Source: the human T2T-CHM13v2.0 reference genome, Homo sapiens
Assembly: GCF_009914755.1 (NCBI RefSeq)
Contig: NC_060931.1
DNA length: 64,000 nucleotides
Direction: 5' to 3' (one strand)
The translations under genes were made by a program, and so were the position numbers. A model generated the notes under the pieces. It did not search any database. It was not told the origin of the DNA and saw only the letters and a list, made by a program, of their open reading frames with translations. Below are positions 12,101 through 27,000 of the stretch, piece by piece (within the stretch, counting starts at the first letter, position 1; every line of letters begins with the position of its first letter).

Positions 12101-15100
12101 TGATTCCATTCGATTTCATTCGATGATGATTCCATTCAAATCCATGGGATGATTCCATTCCAGTTCATTTGATTATTCCATTAGATTCCATTCGATGATG
12201 ATTCCATTCAAATCCATTTGATGATTCCATTCTATTCCATTCTATGATGATACTATTTGAGTCCATTCGACGATGACTGTATTTGATTCCATTCGATGAT
12301 TCCATCTTATTCCATTCGATGAAGATTCCAATCGATTCCATTCGATGATTCCATTCAATTCCATTTGATTATTCCATTTCATTCCATTCCATAATGATTC
12401 CATTCGATTCCATTTGATGATTACATTCGTGCCCTTTCGATAATTCCATTTGAGTCCAATCCATGATTCCATTCGAGTCCATTCAATCATTCCATTTGAG
12501 TCCATTCGATGATGATTCCATTCGAGTCCATTCAGTGATTCCATTTGAGATCATTCGATAATTTCATTTCAGTCCATTCAATGGTGGATTTGATTCCATT
12601 CAATGATATTCCTTTTGAGTCCATTCAATGTTTCCATTCGATTCTATTCGACTATGATTCCTTTCGTCTCCATTCGGAGATTCCATTCAATTTCATTTGA
12701 TGATGATTCCTTTCGAGTCCATTAGATAATTCCTTTCGAGTCCATTAGATGATTCCTATCAATTCCATTAGATGAGGATTCCATTTGAGTACATACAGTG
12801 ATTCCATTCAATTCCATTCAATGACGATTCCATTCGATTCCATTCAATGATTCCATTTGATTCCATTCGATAATGATTTCATTGGAGTCCATTCGATGAT
12901 TCCATTTGATTCCATTCGATGATATTTCCATTCGATTCCATTTGATGATTCCATTCGATTCCATTCGATGATGATTTCATTCGAGTCCATTCGATGATTC
13001 CATTTGATGCCATTCAATGATGATTCCATTCGAGTCCATTTGATGATTCTATTCAAATCCATTTGATAATTGCTTTTGATTATATTTGATGATAATTCCA
13101 TTCGAGTCCATTCAATGATTCCATTCGATTCCATTCAATGATGATTCCATTCGAGTCCATTTGATGGTTCTATTTGATTCCATTCTCCAATGATTACATT
13201 TGAGTCCATTCGATGATTTCACTCGATTCCATATGATGATGATTCTGTTTGATTCCATTCGATGATTCCATTTTATTCCATTCAATGATGATTCCATTCA
13301 AGTACATTAGATGATTCCGTTTGAATCCATTCAAAGATGATTCTATTCGTGCCCATTAGATGATGCCAACCGATTCCATTTGATGATGATACTATTCGAG
13401 TCCATTCGATGATTCCATTCAATTCCATTCAATGATGATTCCAGTCGATTCCATTCATTGGTAATTCCATTCATTTCCATTCATTGATTCCTTTCCATTC
13501 CATTCCACAATGATTCCATTCGATTCCATTTGATGATTCCACTCGATTCCACTTGGTGATGATTCCATTCGATTCCATTCTATGATTCCATTTGATTCCA
13601 TTCGATGATGACTGCCTTCGTTTCCATTATGTGATTCCATTCAATTCCATTCGATGTTGATTCCTTTCGATTCCATTTGATGATTGCATCTGATTCTATT
13701 CGAGGATTCCATTCGATTCCATTGGATAATAATTCCATTCGAGTCCATTCGATGACTTCATTCAAGTCCATTCAATGATTACATTCGAGTCCATTTGATG
13801 ATTCCATAAGATTCCATTTTATGATGATTACATTAGAGTCCATTTGATGACTCCATTCTATGATTCCATTCAATTCCATTTGATGATTCCATTCGAGTCC
13901 ATTTGATCATTACATTCAAGTCCATTCAGTAAATCTGTTGGATTTCTTTTGATGATGATCCCATTCGATTTCATATCAAGATGATCCCATTCGATTCCAT
14001 TTGATGATGATTCCATTTGTGTCCATTCGAGGATTTCATTCGATTCCATTCAATGATGATTCCATTCAAGTACATTCGATGATTCCATTTGAGTCCCTTC
14101 ATTGATTCCATCCAATTTCATTTGATGATGATTCCATTCGAGTCCATTCGATGATTCCATTCGATTCCATTTGATGATTCCATCGGAGTCCATCTGATTA
14201 TTCCATTAGAGTCCATTCGATTATTCCATTCGATTCCTTTCAATGAGAATTCCATTTGAGTCCATTCAATGATCATTCCCTTCGATTCCATTCAATGATT
14301 CTGTTCGATTCTCTTTGATGATCTCCTTCGATTCCTTTCCATGATGATTTCATTCCATTCCATTTGATGATTCCATTTGATTCTATTCCATGATGATTCC
14401 TTTCGATTCCATTCGCTGATGATTCCATTCAATTCGATTCGATGACGACTGCATTCGGTTCCATTCGATGATGATTCCAAAGTATTCCATTCGATTTTTC
14501 CATTTGATTCCATTCGTTGATGATTCCATTCGATTCCATAACGTGATGATTCCATTAGATTCCATTCGATGATGATTCCATTGGATTCCATTTGAAGATG
14601 ATTCCATTCGATTCAATTCAATGATTATTCCATTTGATTCCATTAGATGATTCCATTCGGTTCCATTTGATGATTATTCCATTTGAGTAAATTCAATGAT
14701 TCCATTCGATACGATTCGATGATGATTCCATTCGAGTCCATTCAATGATTCCATTCAAGTCCATTTGATGATTCCCTTCAATTCCATTCAATGATGATTC
14801 TATTTGAGTCCATTCCATGATTCCATTCGATTCCATTCGATGATGATTCCATTCAAATCCATTCAATCATTCCATTTGTTTACATTCAATGATTCCATTC
14901 TATTTCATTTGATGATGATTCCCTTTGAGTCCATTCGATGATTCCATTCGATTCCATTCGATGATGATTCCATTCAAATCCATTCGATCATTCCATTTGT
15001 TTACATTCAATGATTCCATTCTATTTCATTTGATGATGATTCCCTTTGAGTCCATTCGATGATTCCATTCGAGTCCATTTAATGATTCCGTTGGGTTCAA

Positions 15101-18100
15101 TTCGAAGATAACTACATTGGATTCCATTCTATGATTCCATTCGATTCCATTCCTTGATGATTCTGTTTGATTCCATTCGATGATTCCATCCAAGTCCAGT
15201 CAATGATTCCATTTGAATCTATTTGATGATGATTCCTTTGGATTCCATTTGATGATAATTCTATTTGACTCCTATTGGTGTTGATTCTTTTCAATTCCAT
15301 TCGATGATGATTCACTTTGATTCCCTTCGATGATGATTCCATTTGAGTCCGTCCATTCGATTCGATTCGATGATTCCATTCGATTCCTTTTTGTGATTAT
15401 TCTTTCAAGACAATTCGGTGATTTATTTTGATGCAAATTGAAGATTATTCCACTTGATTCCATTCGATGAAACCATTCATTGATGATTCCATTCGAGTGC
15501 ATTTGATGATACTATTCAATTCCATTCGATGATGATTCCATTCGATTCCATTCGATGATTCCATTCAATTCCATTCTATGATGATTCCATTCAAGTCCAT
15601 TTGATGATTTCATTGGACTCCATTTGATGATGATTCCATTCAATGATTCCATTCGATTCTATTTGATGATGATTCCATTTGGGTCCATTCGATTATTCCA
15701 TTTGATTGCACTTGATGATGATTCCATTTGATTCCATTCAATGGTGATACCATTGGGGTCCATTGGATGATTCCATTCGATTGCATTCAATGATCATTCC
15801 ATTTGACTACATTCAGTGATTCCATTCAAGTCCATTGGATGATTTCTTTCTATTCCATTCAATGATGATTTCATTCGAGTACATTCAATGATTCCATTCA
15901 ATTCCACTCGATGATAATTCCATTCAAGTCCATTTGATGATTTGTTCTGATTCCATTCGATGATGATTCCATCGAGTCCATTCGATTATTCCATTTGAAT
16001 CCAGTCGATGTTTTCTGCATTCGGTTCAATTCTATGATAATTCCAATGGACTCCATTCCATGACTCCATTCGATTCCATTCATTGATGTTTCCAAACAAT
16101 TCCATTCTATGATGATTCCATTCAATTCCATTGGACGATGATTCCATTCGCTTCCATTCAATGATGATTAAATTCGATTCCATTATATGATTCCATTTGA
16201 TTCCATTCGATGATGATTACAATTGAGTCCATTCAATGATTCCATTCAATTTCATTCGATGATGTTTCCATTCGTGTCCATTCGATATTTCCTTTCAATT
16301 CCATCTGACTTTGATTCCATTTGAGTCCATTTGATGATTCCATTCGATTGTGTTCCATGATTACATACGATTCCATTCGATGATGATGCCATTCGAGTAC
16401 ATTCGATGATTCCATTAAAGTCCATTATATGATTCCATTCGATTCCATTCAATGATTATTCCTTTCGAGTCCTTTCAATGATGATTCCATTCAATTCCAT
16501 TCAATGAGTATGTTGTATTCCATTTCTGGTTTTAATTCGATTGTTTTTTATGAAGACTCCACTCGATTTATTCAATGATCCCATTTGATTCTATTCAATG
16601 ATGATTCCATTCGATTCCATTTGATGAAAACTCCATTCGATTCCATTCGATGATGATTCCATTCTATTCTATTCGATGGTGATTCTTTTCGATTCCTTTC
16701 GATGATGATTCCATTTGATTCCATTTGATGATTCCATTTGATTCCATTCGATAATGATTCCATTTGAGACCTTTCGATGATTCCATTCAATTCCATTCAA
16801 TGATGATTCCATTCGAGTCCATTCGATGATTCCATTCAAGTCCCTTCTATTATTCCATCTGTTTCCATTCGATGATGATTCCATTCGAGCCCATTCGATG
16901 ATTCCATTCTATTCCTTTCCATGATGATTCCATTCAAGCACAGTCGATGATTGCATTCGTTTCCATTTGATGATTCCATTCGATTCCATTTGATTATGAC
17001 TCCATTCAATTCCATTTGATGATGACTCTGTTCGGTTCCATTTGACGATGAATCCATTCGATTCCTTTAAATGATGATTCCATTCAATTACATTCGATGA
17101 TGATTCCATTCAATTACAATCGATGATGATTCCATTTGATTCAATTCGGTGATGATTCCATTTGAATTCATTCGATGATTCTATTTGATTCCATTAGATG
17201 ATGATTCCATTCTCTTCCGTGCGATGATTCCATTTGATTCCATTCAATGATGATTCTATTCAATTCTATTTCATGATGATTCCATTCAATTCCATTCGGT
17301 GATGCTTCCTTTTGTGTCCATTCAATGTTTCCATTCGATTCCATTTGATGATTATTCCATTCGCTTCCATTAGATGATTCCATTTGATTCCATTCTGTGA
17401 TGATTCCATGTTGTTCCATTCAATTATTCCATTTGATTTCATTTGATGATGATTCCATTGATTTCGTTTTATGATTCCTTTCCATTCCATTTGATGATTA
17501 TTCCATATGAGTCAATTCGATGATTCCATTTGATTCCATTCGATGATGAGTCCATACGTGTCCATTCCATGATTTAATGCAATTTCATTTGATGATTATT
17601 ACATTCGATTGTATTCGATGATTCCATTCAACTCCATTTGGTGATGATTCCATTTGAGTCCATTCGATGATTCAATTCGAGTACATTTGATTATTCCGTT
17701 CAGTTGCATTTGATGATAATTCCATTAAAGTCGATACGATGATATCATTCGATTCCATTCGATGGTGATTCCATTCGTGTCCATTCGATGATTCCATATG
17801 ATTCCATTTGATGATGATTCCTTTCGAGTCCATTCAGTGATTCCATTCAAGTCCATTGAATAATTCCTTTTGATTCCATTCGATGATGATTCTAATCGAG
17901 ACCATTCGATGATTCCATTTTATTTCATTCGATGATGATTCCATTTGATTCTGTTCGATGATTCCATTCTATTCCATTTAATGATGATTCCATTTGAGTC
18001 CATTCAATGATTCCATTTGACTCCATGTAATGATTCCATTGGGTTCAATTCGATGATGATTACATTGGATTCCATTCAATGATTGCATTCGATTCCATTC

Positions 18101-21073
18101 GTTGATTATTCCATTCGATTCCTGTCAATGATGATTCCATTTGATTCCATTCTTTGATGATTCAATTTGATTCCATTCGATGATGATTCAATTTGATTCC
18201 ATTCGATGATGATTCCATTCGATTCCATTCGACGAAGATTCCATTCGATTTCATTTGATGATTCTATTCGATTTCGTTTGATGTTGATTCAATTCTATTC
18301 CATTCGAGGATTGCATTCGATTCTATTCGATGATGATTCCATTCGATTGCATTCGAAGATTACATTCGATTCCATTCTACCATGATTCCATTCGAGTCCA
18401 TTCGAAGATTAGATTCGATTCCATTCAATGATGATTCCATTCGAGTCCATTTGATGATTCCATTCCATTCCATTTGATGATGATTCTGTTCGATTCCATT
18501 TGATGATGATTCCATTCGATTCCATTCAATGATGATTCCATTTTATTTCATTCAATGATTCCATTTGATTCCATTCGGAGATAATTCTATTCCATTTGAT
18601 GATACCATTCAATTTCATTTGATGAGGATTCTAAACGATTCCATTTGATGATGACTCCATTCGATTCCATTCCATAATGATTCAATTCGTGTCTATTCAA
18701 TGTTTCCTTTTGATTCCATTTGACAATGATTCCATTCGAGTCTGTTAGATCATTCCATTCGATTCCCTTCAATGATGATTCCATTAGATGATTCCTTTCA
18801 ATTTCATTCGATGATGATTCCATTCAAGTCCATTTGATGATTCCATTCCATTTGATGATTATTTCATTCGAGTCCATTCGATGATTCCATTCAATTCCAT
18901 TCGACGATGATTCCATTCGAGTCCATTCGATAATTCAATGTGATTTCATTCGATGATGATTACATTTGATTGTATTCGGTGATTCCATTCAGTTCCATTT
19001 GATGATGACTCCATTTGAGTCCATTTGATGATTCCATTCAATTCTATACAAAGATGATTCCATTGGATTCCATTCCATGATTCCATTCAATTCCATTCAA
19101 TGACCATTCCATTCGAGTCCATTCAATGATTCCATTTGATTTCATTCGATGATGATTCCATTTGAGTCCATTCGATGTTTCCATTCGAATCCATTTAATG
19201 ATTGTTTCAATTATATTCGATGATGATTCCATTCGAGTCCATTTGTTGTTTCCATTCAATTCCATTCAATGATGATTCCATTCGGGTCCATTTGATGATT
19301 CCATTTGATTCCATTTGATGATGATGCCATTCGAGACCATTCGATGATCCAATTTGATTCCATTTTATGATGATTCCATTCGGGTACAATAGCTGATTCC
19401 ATTCGATGATGTTTCTATTGCAGTCCATTAGATGATTCCATTCAATTCCATCCAATGATGATTCCATTCGTGTCCAATAGATGATTCCATTTGATTCCAT
19501 TCGATGATGATTTCATTCTATTCCGTTCAATGATGATTCCATTCATGTAAATTAGATGATTCCATTATATTACATTTGATGATGATTCCATTCGATACCA
19601 TTCTGTGATTACATTCGATTCCATTTGATGTTGATTCCATTCGATTTCATTCACTGATTCTATTCGATTCCATTCGATGATGATTCCATTCGATTCCATT
19701 TGATGATTCCATTTAATTACATTTGATGATGATTCCATTCGATTCTATTCTATGATTCCATTTGATTCTATTCAATGATGAGTCCATTCAAGTCCATTCG
19801 ATTATTACTTCTGATTCTAATCGATGATGATTCCTTTTGAGTCCATTAAATGGTGATTAAATTCGATTCAATTCGATGATTCCATTCGATTCCATCCGAT
19901 GATTCCAATGGATTCCACTTGATGATGACTCCTTTCGAGTCCATACAATGATGCCATTCAATTCCATTCAATGATGATTCCATTCGTGTGCATTCGATGA
20001 TTCCAATCGATTCCATTCAATGATGATTGCATTCAAGTCCATCCAATGACTCTTTTCAATTCCATTCTATAATTATTCTGTTCGAGTCCATTTGATGATT
20101 CAATTCGACTCCTTTCAATGATTCTATTCCATTCCATTCGAAGCTGATTCAGTTCGAGTCCATTTGACGCTTCCCTTTTGGTCCATTTGATGAATTCTTT
20201 CGAGTCCAACTGATGATTCCATTCAATTCCATTCTATGATGATTGTGTATGATTCCATTCGATGATGATTCCATGTGATTCCATTCGATGATGATTCTTT
20301 CAGGAACATTTGATTTTGATTCATTTTGAGATCATTCGACGATTCCAAATGATTCCATTCAATGATGATTCCATTCGAATCCATTTGATGATTCCATTCG
20401 ATTCCATACGATGATGATTCCATTAGAGTTCGTCCGATGACTCCTTTCGATTCCATTCAATGATAATTCCATTCTTGTCCAATCGATGATTCCATTCTAT
20501 TCCAATAAATGGTGATTCCATTCAAGTCCATTCAATGATTGCATTCGAGTCCATTCAATGATTCCATTCGATTCCATTCAATGATGATTCCATTCGAGTT
20601 CGTTCAATGATTGCATTCGATTCCATTCGAGGATGACTGCATTCGGTGCCATTCAATGATTCCATTCAATTCCATAGGCTGATTCCATTTGATTCCATGT
20701 GATGATGATTCCATTCAATTCCATTCCATGATTCCATTCGATTCCATTCGATAATGATTCCATTCAAGACCATTCGATGATTCCATTCTAGTACCATCGC
20801 TGATTGCATCCGTTTCCATTTGATGATGATTCCATTCGAGGCCTTTCGATGATTCCATTCAATTACAATTGATGAAGATTCCATTCGGGTCCATTAAATG
20901 ATTCCATTCAATTCCATACAATGATGATTCCATTTGATTCCATTGGATGATTGTATTCTATTCCATTCAATGATGATTCCATTCGATTCCATTTTATGAT
21001 TACATTCGATTTCATTCGATGATGAATCCATACGAGTCCATTTGATGATTCCATAAGATTCCATTTGATGATT
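6146..21073 (+). repeat. Human satellite 2 (HSat2/HSATII) array, diverged, ~15 kb
   Basis: Continuous ATTCC ATTCG units punctuated by GATGAT(GAT) and CATTCGAGTC, giving 23/26-bp units. Many TCGA>TTGA/TCAA variants. CATTC is on the + strand. Confidence 0.95.
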
Positions 21074-24000
21074 CATTCAATTCCATTTGAATCCATTCCT
21101 TTCCATTCCATTTGAGCCCAATCCATTCCTTTCCATTCAATACCAATCCATTCCATTCCACCCCTTCCATTCGTGGCCATTCCATTCAATTCCATTTGAG
21201 TCAATTCCGTTGCATTCCATTCGATTCCATTCCATTCCTTTCGAGTCCATTGAATTCCATTCAAGTCCATTTTATTCCATTCCATTCGAGTCCATTCCAT
21301 TGCATTCCATTCCTTTCGAGACTAGTCTGTTCTATTCCATTTGAGCCTATTCCATTCCATGCAAGTCCATTCCATTCCGTTCCACACCATTCCGTTCCGT
21401 TCCATTCCATTCAGGTCTATTCCATTCCATTCGAATCCATTCCATTCCATTCCATTGCACTCGAGTCGATTCCATTCTATTCCATTCCATTTGAGTCCAC
21501 TCCATTTCACTGGAGTCCATTCTGATCCATTCCATTCCATTATAGTCCATTTCATTTCATTCCATTCCATTTCATTCTTTTCGGGTCCATTCCATTGGAT
21601 TCCGTTCCAATCCATTCAATTGCATTCCAATTTCATTTGAGTCCTCTCCTTTCATTTCAAGTCCATTCCATTCCATTCCATTTGAGTCCATTGTATTCTA
21701 TTCCATTCCATTCCATTCCATTCCATTCCATTCCATTCCATTCGAGTCTATTCCATTCCATTGAATTCCATTCGAGTCCATTCCATTGCATTCCATTTCA
21801 TTCGAGTCCATTCCATTCCATTCCATTACACTCAAGTTGATTCCATTCTATTCCATTCCATTCCATTCCATTCCATTCCTCTCCATTTCATTCTAGTCCA
21901 TTCCATTCCATTCCATTCCATTCCATTCGAGTCTTTTCCATTTCATTCCATTCCATTCCCTTCCAGTCCGTTCCATTCCATTCCATTCCATTCCATTCGA
22001 CTCCATTTCATTCCATTACATTCCATTCCATTCGAGTTCATGCCATTGCGTTACATTCCATTCTATTCTAGTCCATTCCATTCCATTTCGTTCCATTGGA
22101 GTCCATTCCACTTTATTCCGTTCAAGTCCATTCCATTCCATTCGAGTACATTCCATTCCATTGAATTCGAGTCCATGCCACTCCATGCTATTCCATTTGA
22201 ATCCATTCCACTCAATACAATTCGAATCCATTCCATTCCATTCCATTCCATTCCATTCCATTTGAGTCCATTGTATTCCATTCCATTCTATTCCATTCCA
22301 TTCCATTGAATTCGATTCGAGTCCATTCCATTGCATTCCATTTCATTCGAGTCCATTCCATTCCATTCCATTCCACTCAAGTTGATTCCATTCCATTCCA
22401 TTCCATTCCATTCCATTCCTCTCCATTTCATTCTAGTCCATTCCATTCCATTCCATTCGAGTCTTTTCCATTTCATTCCATTTCATTCCCTTCCAATCCG
22501 TTCCATTCCATTCCATTCCATTCGATTCCATTTCATTCCATTACATTCCATTCCATTCGAGTTCATGCCATTCCGTTACATTCCATTCTATTCTAGTCCA
22601 TTCCATTCCATTTGATTCCATTGGAGTCCATTCCAATCTATTCCTTTCGAGTCCATTCCATTCGAATCCATTCCATTCCATTGAATTCGAGTCCATTCCA
22701 TTCCATGCTATTCCATTTGAATCCATTCCATTCCATTCCATTCCATTTGAGCACAATCCATGCATTTCCATTCAATTACAGTCCATTCCATTCCACCCCT
22801 TCCATTCGTGGCCATTCCATTCAATTCCATTTTAGCCAATTCCGTTGCATTCCATTCGATTCCATTCCATTGCATTCCATTCCATTCCTTTCGAGTCCAT
22901 TGATTTCCATTCCAGTCCATTCTATTCCATTCCATTCGAGTCCATTCCATTGCATTCCATTCCTTTCGAGTCTATTCCATTCTATTGCATTTGAGTCTAT
23001 TCCATTCCATGCGACTCCATTCCATTTTGTTCCATACCGTTCTGTTCTGTTCCATTCGGGTTCATTGCATTCCATTCGAATCCATTCCATTCCATTCTTT
23101 TGCACTCGAGTCAAATCCATTCTCTTCCATTACATTCGAGTCCACCTCATTTCATTCGAGTCCATTCTGATCCATTCCATTCCATTAGAAGCCACTTCAT
23201 TCCGTTCCATTCCATTCCATTCTTTTCGGGTCCATTCCATTCCATTCCAATTCCATTCAAGCCCATTCCATTCGTTTCGAGTCTGTTCCATTCCATTCCA
23301 TTCCGTTTGAGTCCATTGTATTCCATTCCATTCCATTCCATTCCATTCCATTCCATTCCATTCCATTCCATTCCGTTTGAATCCATTCTATTTCATTCGA
23401 TTTCATTCACCTCCATGCCATTCCATTCCATTCCATTCCATTGCATTCCATTCCATTCGAATATATTCCATTACTTTGCATTCCATACGAGTCCATTCCA
23501 TTTCATTCGAGTCCATTCCATTCCATGGCATTCGAGTCCATGCCATTCCATGTTATTCTGTTTGAATCCATTCCATTCAATTCCATTTGAATCCATTCCG
23601 TTCCATTCCATTTGAGCCCAATCCATTCCTTTCCATTCAATACCAGTCCATTCCATTCCACCCCTTCCATTCATGGCCATTCCATTCAATTCAATTCAAG
23701 TCAATTCCGTTGCATTCCATTCGATTCCATTCCATTGCATTCCATTCCATTCCTTTCAAGTCCATTGAATTCCATTCAATCCATTCTATTCCATTCCATT
23801 CGAGTCCATTCCATTGCATTCCATTCCTTTCGAGACTAGTCTGTTCTATTCCATTTGAGCCTATTCCATTCCATGCAAGTCCATTCCATTCCGTTCCACA
23901 CCATTCCGTTCCGTTCTGTTCCATTCCATTCAGGTCTAATGCATTCCATACCAATGCATTCCACTCGAGTCGAATCCATTCTATTCCATTCCATTCAAGT

Positions 24001-27000
24001 CCACTCCATTTCATTGGAGTCCATTCTGATCCATTCCATTCCATTATAGTCCATTTCATTTCATTCCATTCCATTTCATTCTTTTCTTGTCCATTCCATT
24101 CCATTCCATTCCATTCCATTCCATTCCATTGCATTCCAATTTCATTCGAGGAGTTCTCTCCATTCATATCGAGTCCATTCCATTCCATTCCATTTGAGTC
24201 CATTGTATTCCATTCCATTCTAGTCTATTCCATTCCATTGAATTCCATTCGAGTCCATTCCATTGCATTCCATTTCATTCGAGTCCATTCCATTCCATTC
24301 TATTCCACTCAAGTTGATTCCATTCCATTCCATTCCTCTCCATTTCATTCTAGTCCATTCCATTCCGTTCCATTCCATTCGAGTCTTTTCCATTTCATTC
24401 CATTCCATTCCCTTCCAGTCCGTTCCATTCCATTCCATTCCATTAGACTCCATTTCATTCCATTCCATTCCATTCCATTCCATTCCATTCCATTTCATGC
24501 CATTCCGTTACATTCCATTCTATTCTAGTCCATTCCATTCCATTTCATTCCATTGGAGTCCATTCCACTTTATTCGATTAGAGTCCATTCCATTCCATTT
24601 GAGTACATTCCATTCCATTGAATTCGAGTCCATTCCATTCCATGCTATTCCATTTGAATCCATTCCATTCAATTCCACTCGAATCCATTCCATTCCATTC
24701 CATTCAAGCCCAATTCATGCATTTCCATTCAATTCCAGTCCATTCCATTCCACCCCTTCCATTCGTGGCCAGTCCATTCAATTCCATTTGAGTCATTTCC
24801 ATTGCATTCCATTCGATTCCATTCCATTGCATTCCATTCCAATCCTTTCGAGTCCATTGGTTTCATTCAAGTCCATTCTATTCCATTCCATTCGAGTCCA
24901 TTCCATTGCATTCCATTCCTTTCGAATCTATTCCATTCTATTCCGTTTGAGTCTATTCCATTCCATGCAACTCCATTCCATTCCGTTCCATAATGTTCTA
25001 TTCCATTCCGTTCCATTTGGGTTCATTACATTCCATTCGAATCCATTCCATTCCATTCTATTGCACTCGAGTCGAATCCATTCTATTCCATTCCATTCGA
25101 GTCCATTCCATTTCATTCGAGTCCATTCTGATCCATTGCATTCCAATCAAAGCCACTTCATTCCGTTCCATTCCATTCCATTCTTTTCGGGTCCATTCCA
25201 TTCCATTCCAATTCCATTCAAATCCATTCCATTCATTTCGAGTCCGTTCCATTCCATTCCATTCCGTTTGAGTCCATTGTATTCCATTCCATTCCATTCT
25301 ATTCAGTTCGATTCCATTCCATTACATTCGAATCCATTCTATATCATTTCATTACATTTGCCTCCATGCCATTCCATTGCATTCCATTCCATTGCATTCC
25401 ATTCCATTCGAATATATTCCATTCCTTTGCATTCCATTCGATTCCATTCCATTTCACTCGAGTCCATTCCATTCCATTCCATTCCACTTGACTCGATTCC
25501 ATTCCCTTCCATTCCACTCCATTTCCTTCTAGTCCATTCCATTCCCTTCCATTCCATTCGAGTCTTTTCCATTTCATTCCATTCCCCTCCCTTCCAAACC
25601 GGTTCATTCCATTCCATTCCATTCGAGTCCATTCCATTCCATTCCATTCCATTCCATTCCATTCAAGTTCATTCCATTCCATTAGATTCCATTTTATTCA
25701 AGTCCATTCCATTCTATTCCAATCCATTACATTGGTGTCCATTGTAATCTATTCCGTTCATGTCCATACCATTCCACTGGAGTCCATTCCATTCCTTTGC
25801 ATTTGAGTCCATTCCATTCCATGCAATTCCATTTGAATCTATTCCATTCAATTCCATTTGAATCCATTCCATTCCAGTCCATTCCATTCCATTCGAATCC
25901 ATTCCATTCAATTCCATTCCATTTGAGCCCAATCCATTCCTTTCCATTCAAATCCAGTCCATTCCATTCCACTCCTTCCATTCGTGGCCACTCCATTCAA
26001 TTCCAATCGAGTCAATTCCGTTGCATTCCTTTCGATTTCATTCCATTGCATTCCATTCCATTCTTTTTCAGTCCATTCAATTGCATTGGCGTCCATTCAG
26101 TTCCATTCCATTGCATTCGAATCTATTCCATTCTATTCCATTCCATTCGAGTCCATTCCATCTCATTCGAGTCCATTCTGATCCATTCCATTCCATTCGA
26201 GGCCACTTCATTCTATTTCTTTCCATTCCATTCTTTTCGTGTCGATTCCATTCCATTCCATTCCATTCTATTCCATTCCATTCCATTTCAATTCCGTTCG
26301 AGTGCATTGCATTCATTTTGAGTCCATTCCATTACATTCCATTTGAGTCCTTTGTATTCCATTGCATTCCATTCCAATCCAATCTATTTCGTTCCATTTG
26401 ATTCTCGTCCATTACATTTCATTCCATTCCATTCCATTCCATTCCATTCGAATCTTTTCCATTACACAGCATTCCATTTGAGTCCATTCCACTGCATTCC
26501 ATTTCATTTGAGTCCATTCCATTCCATTCCACTCGAGTCGATTCCATTCCATTCCATTTCATTCCACTTCTTTCCTTTCCATTCCACTCTATTTCATTAT
26601 AGTCCATTCCATTCCATTCCATTCCAGTCTTTTACATTTGATTCCATTCCATTCCCTTCCAATCGTTCCATTCCATTCCATTGCTTTTGGTTCCACTCAA
26701 TTCAACTGCATTCCCTTCGAGTCCATTTTATTACATTTTATATTTTCCATTCCATTCCGTTTCAGCACATTTCATTCCATTACATTCCTTTCGAGTCCAT
26801 TCCATTCCATTACATTCTTTACCGTTGCATTCCCATTGAGTCCATTCAATTCCATTGCATACCATTCGTGTCCATTCCATTTTAATCCATGCCATTGCAG
26901 TCCATTCGAGTCCATTCCATTCCATTCCGTTTGAGTCCATTTCATTCCATTACATTTCATTACATTTGAGTCCATTCCATGTCATTACATTCAGTTCGAT

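Noticed and set aside
6153-21076. Minus-strand ORFs of the MESNGIIEWNRMESS type
   Set aside because: These are direct translations of HSat2 units. The strand bias arises because TGA from GATGAT is frequent on the + strand.
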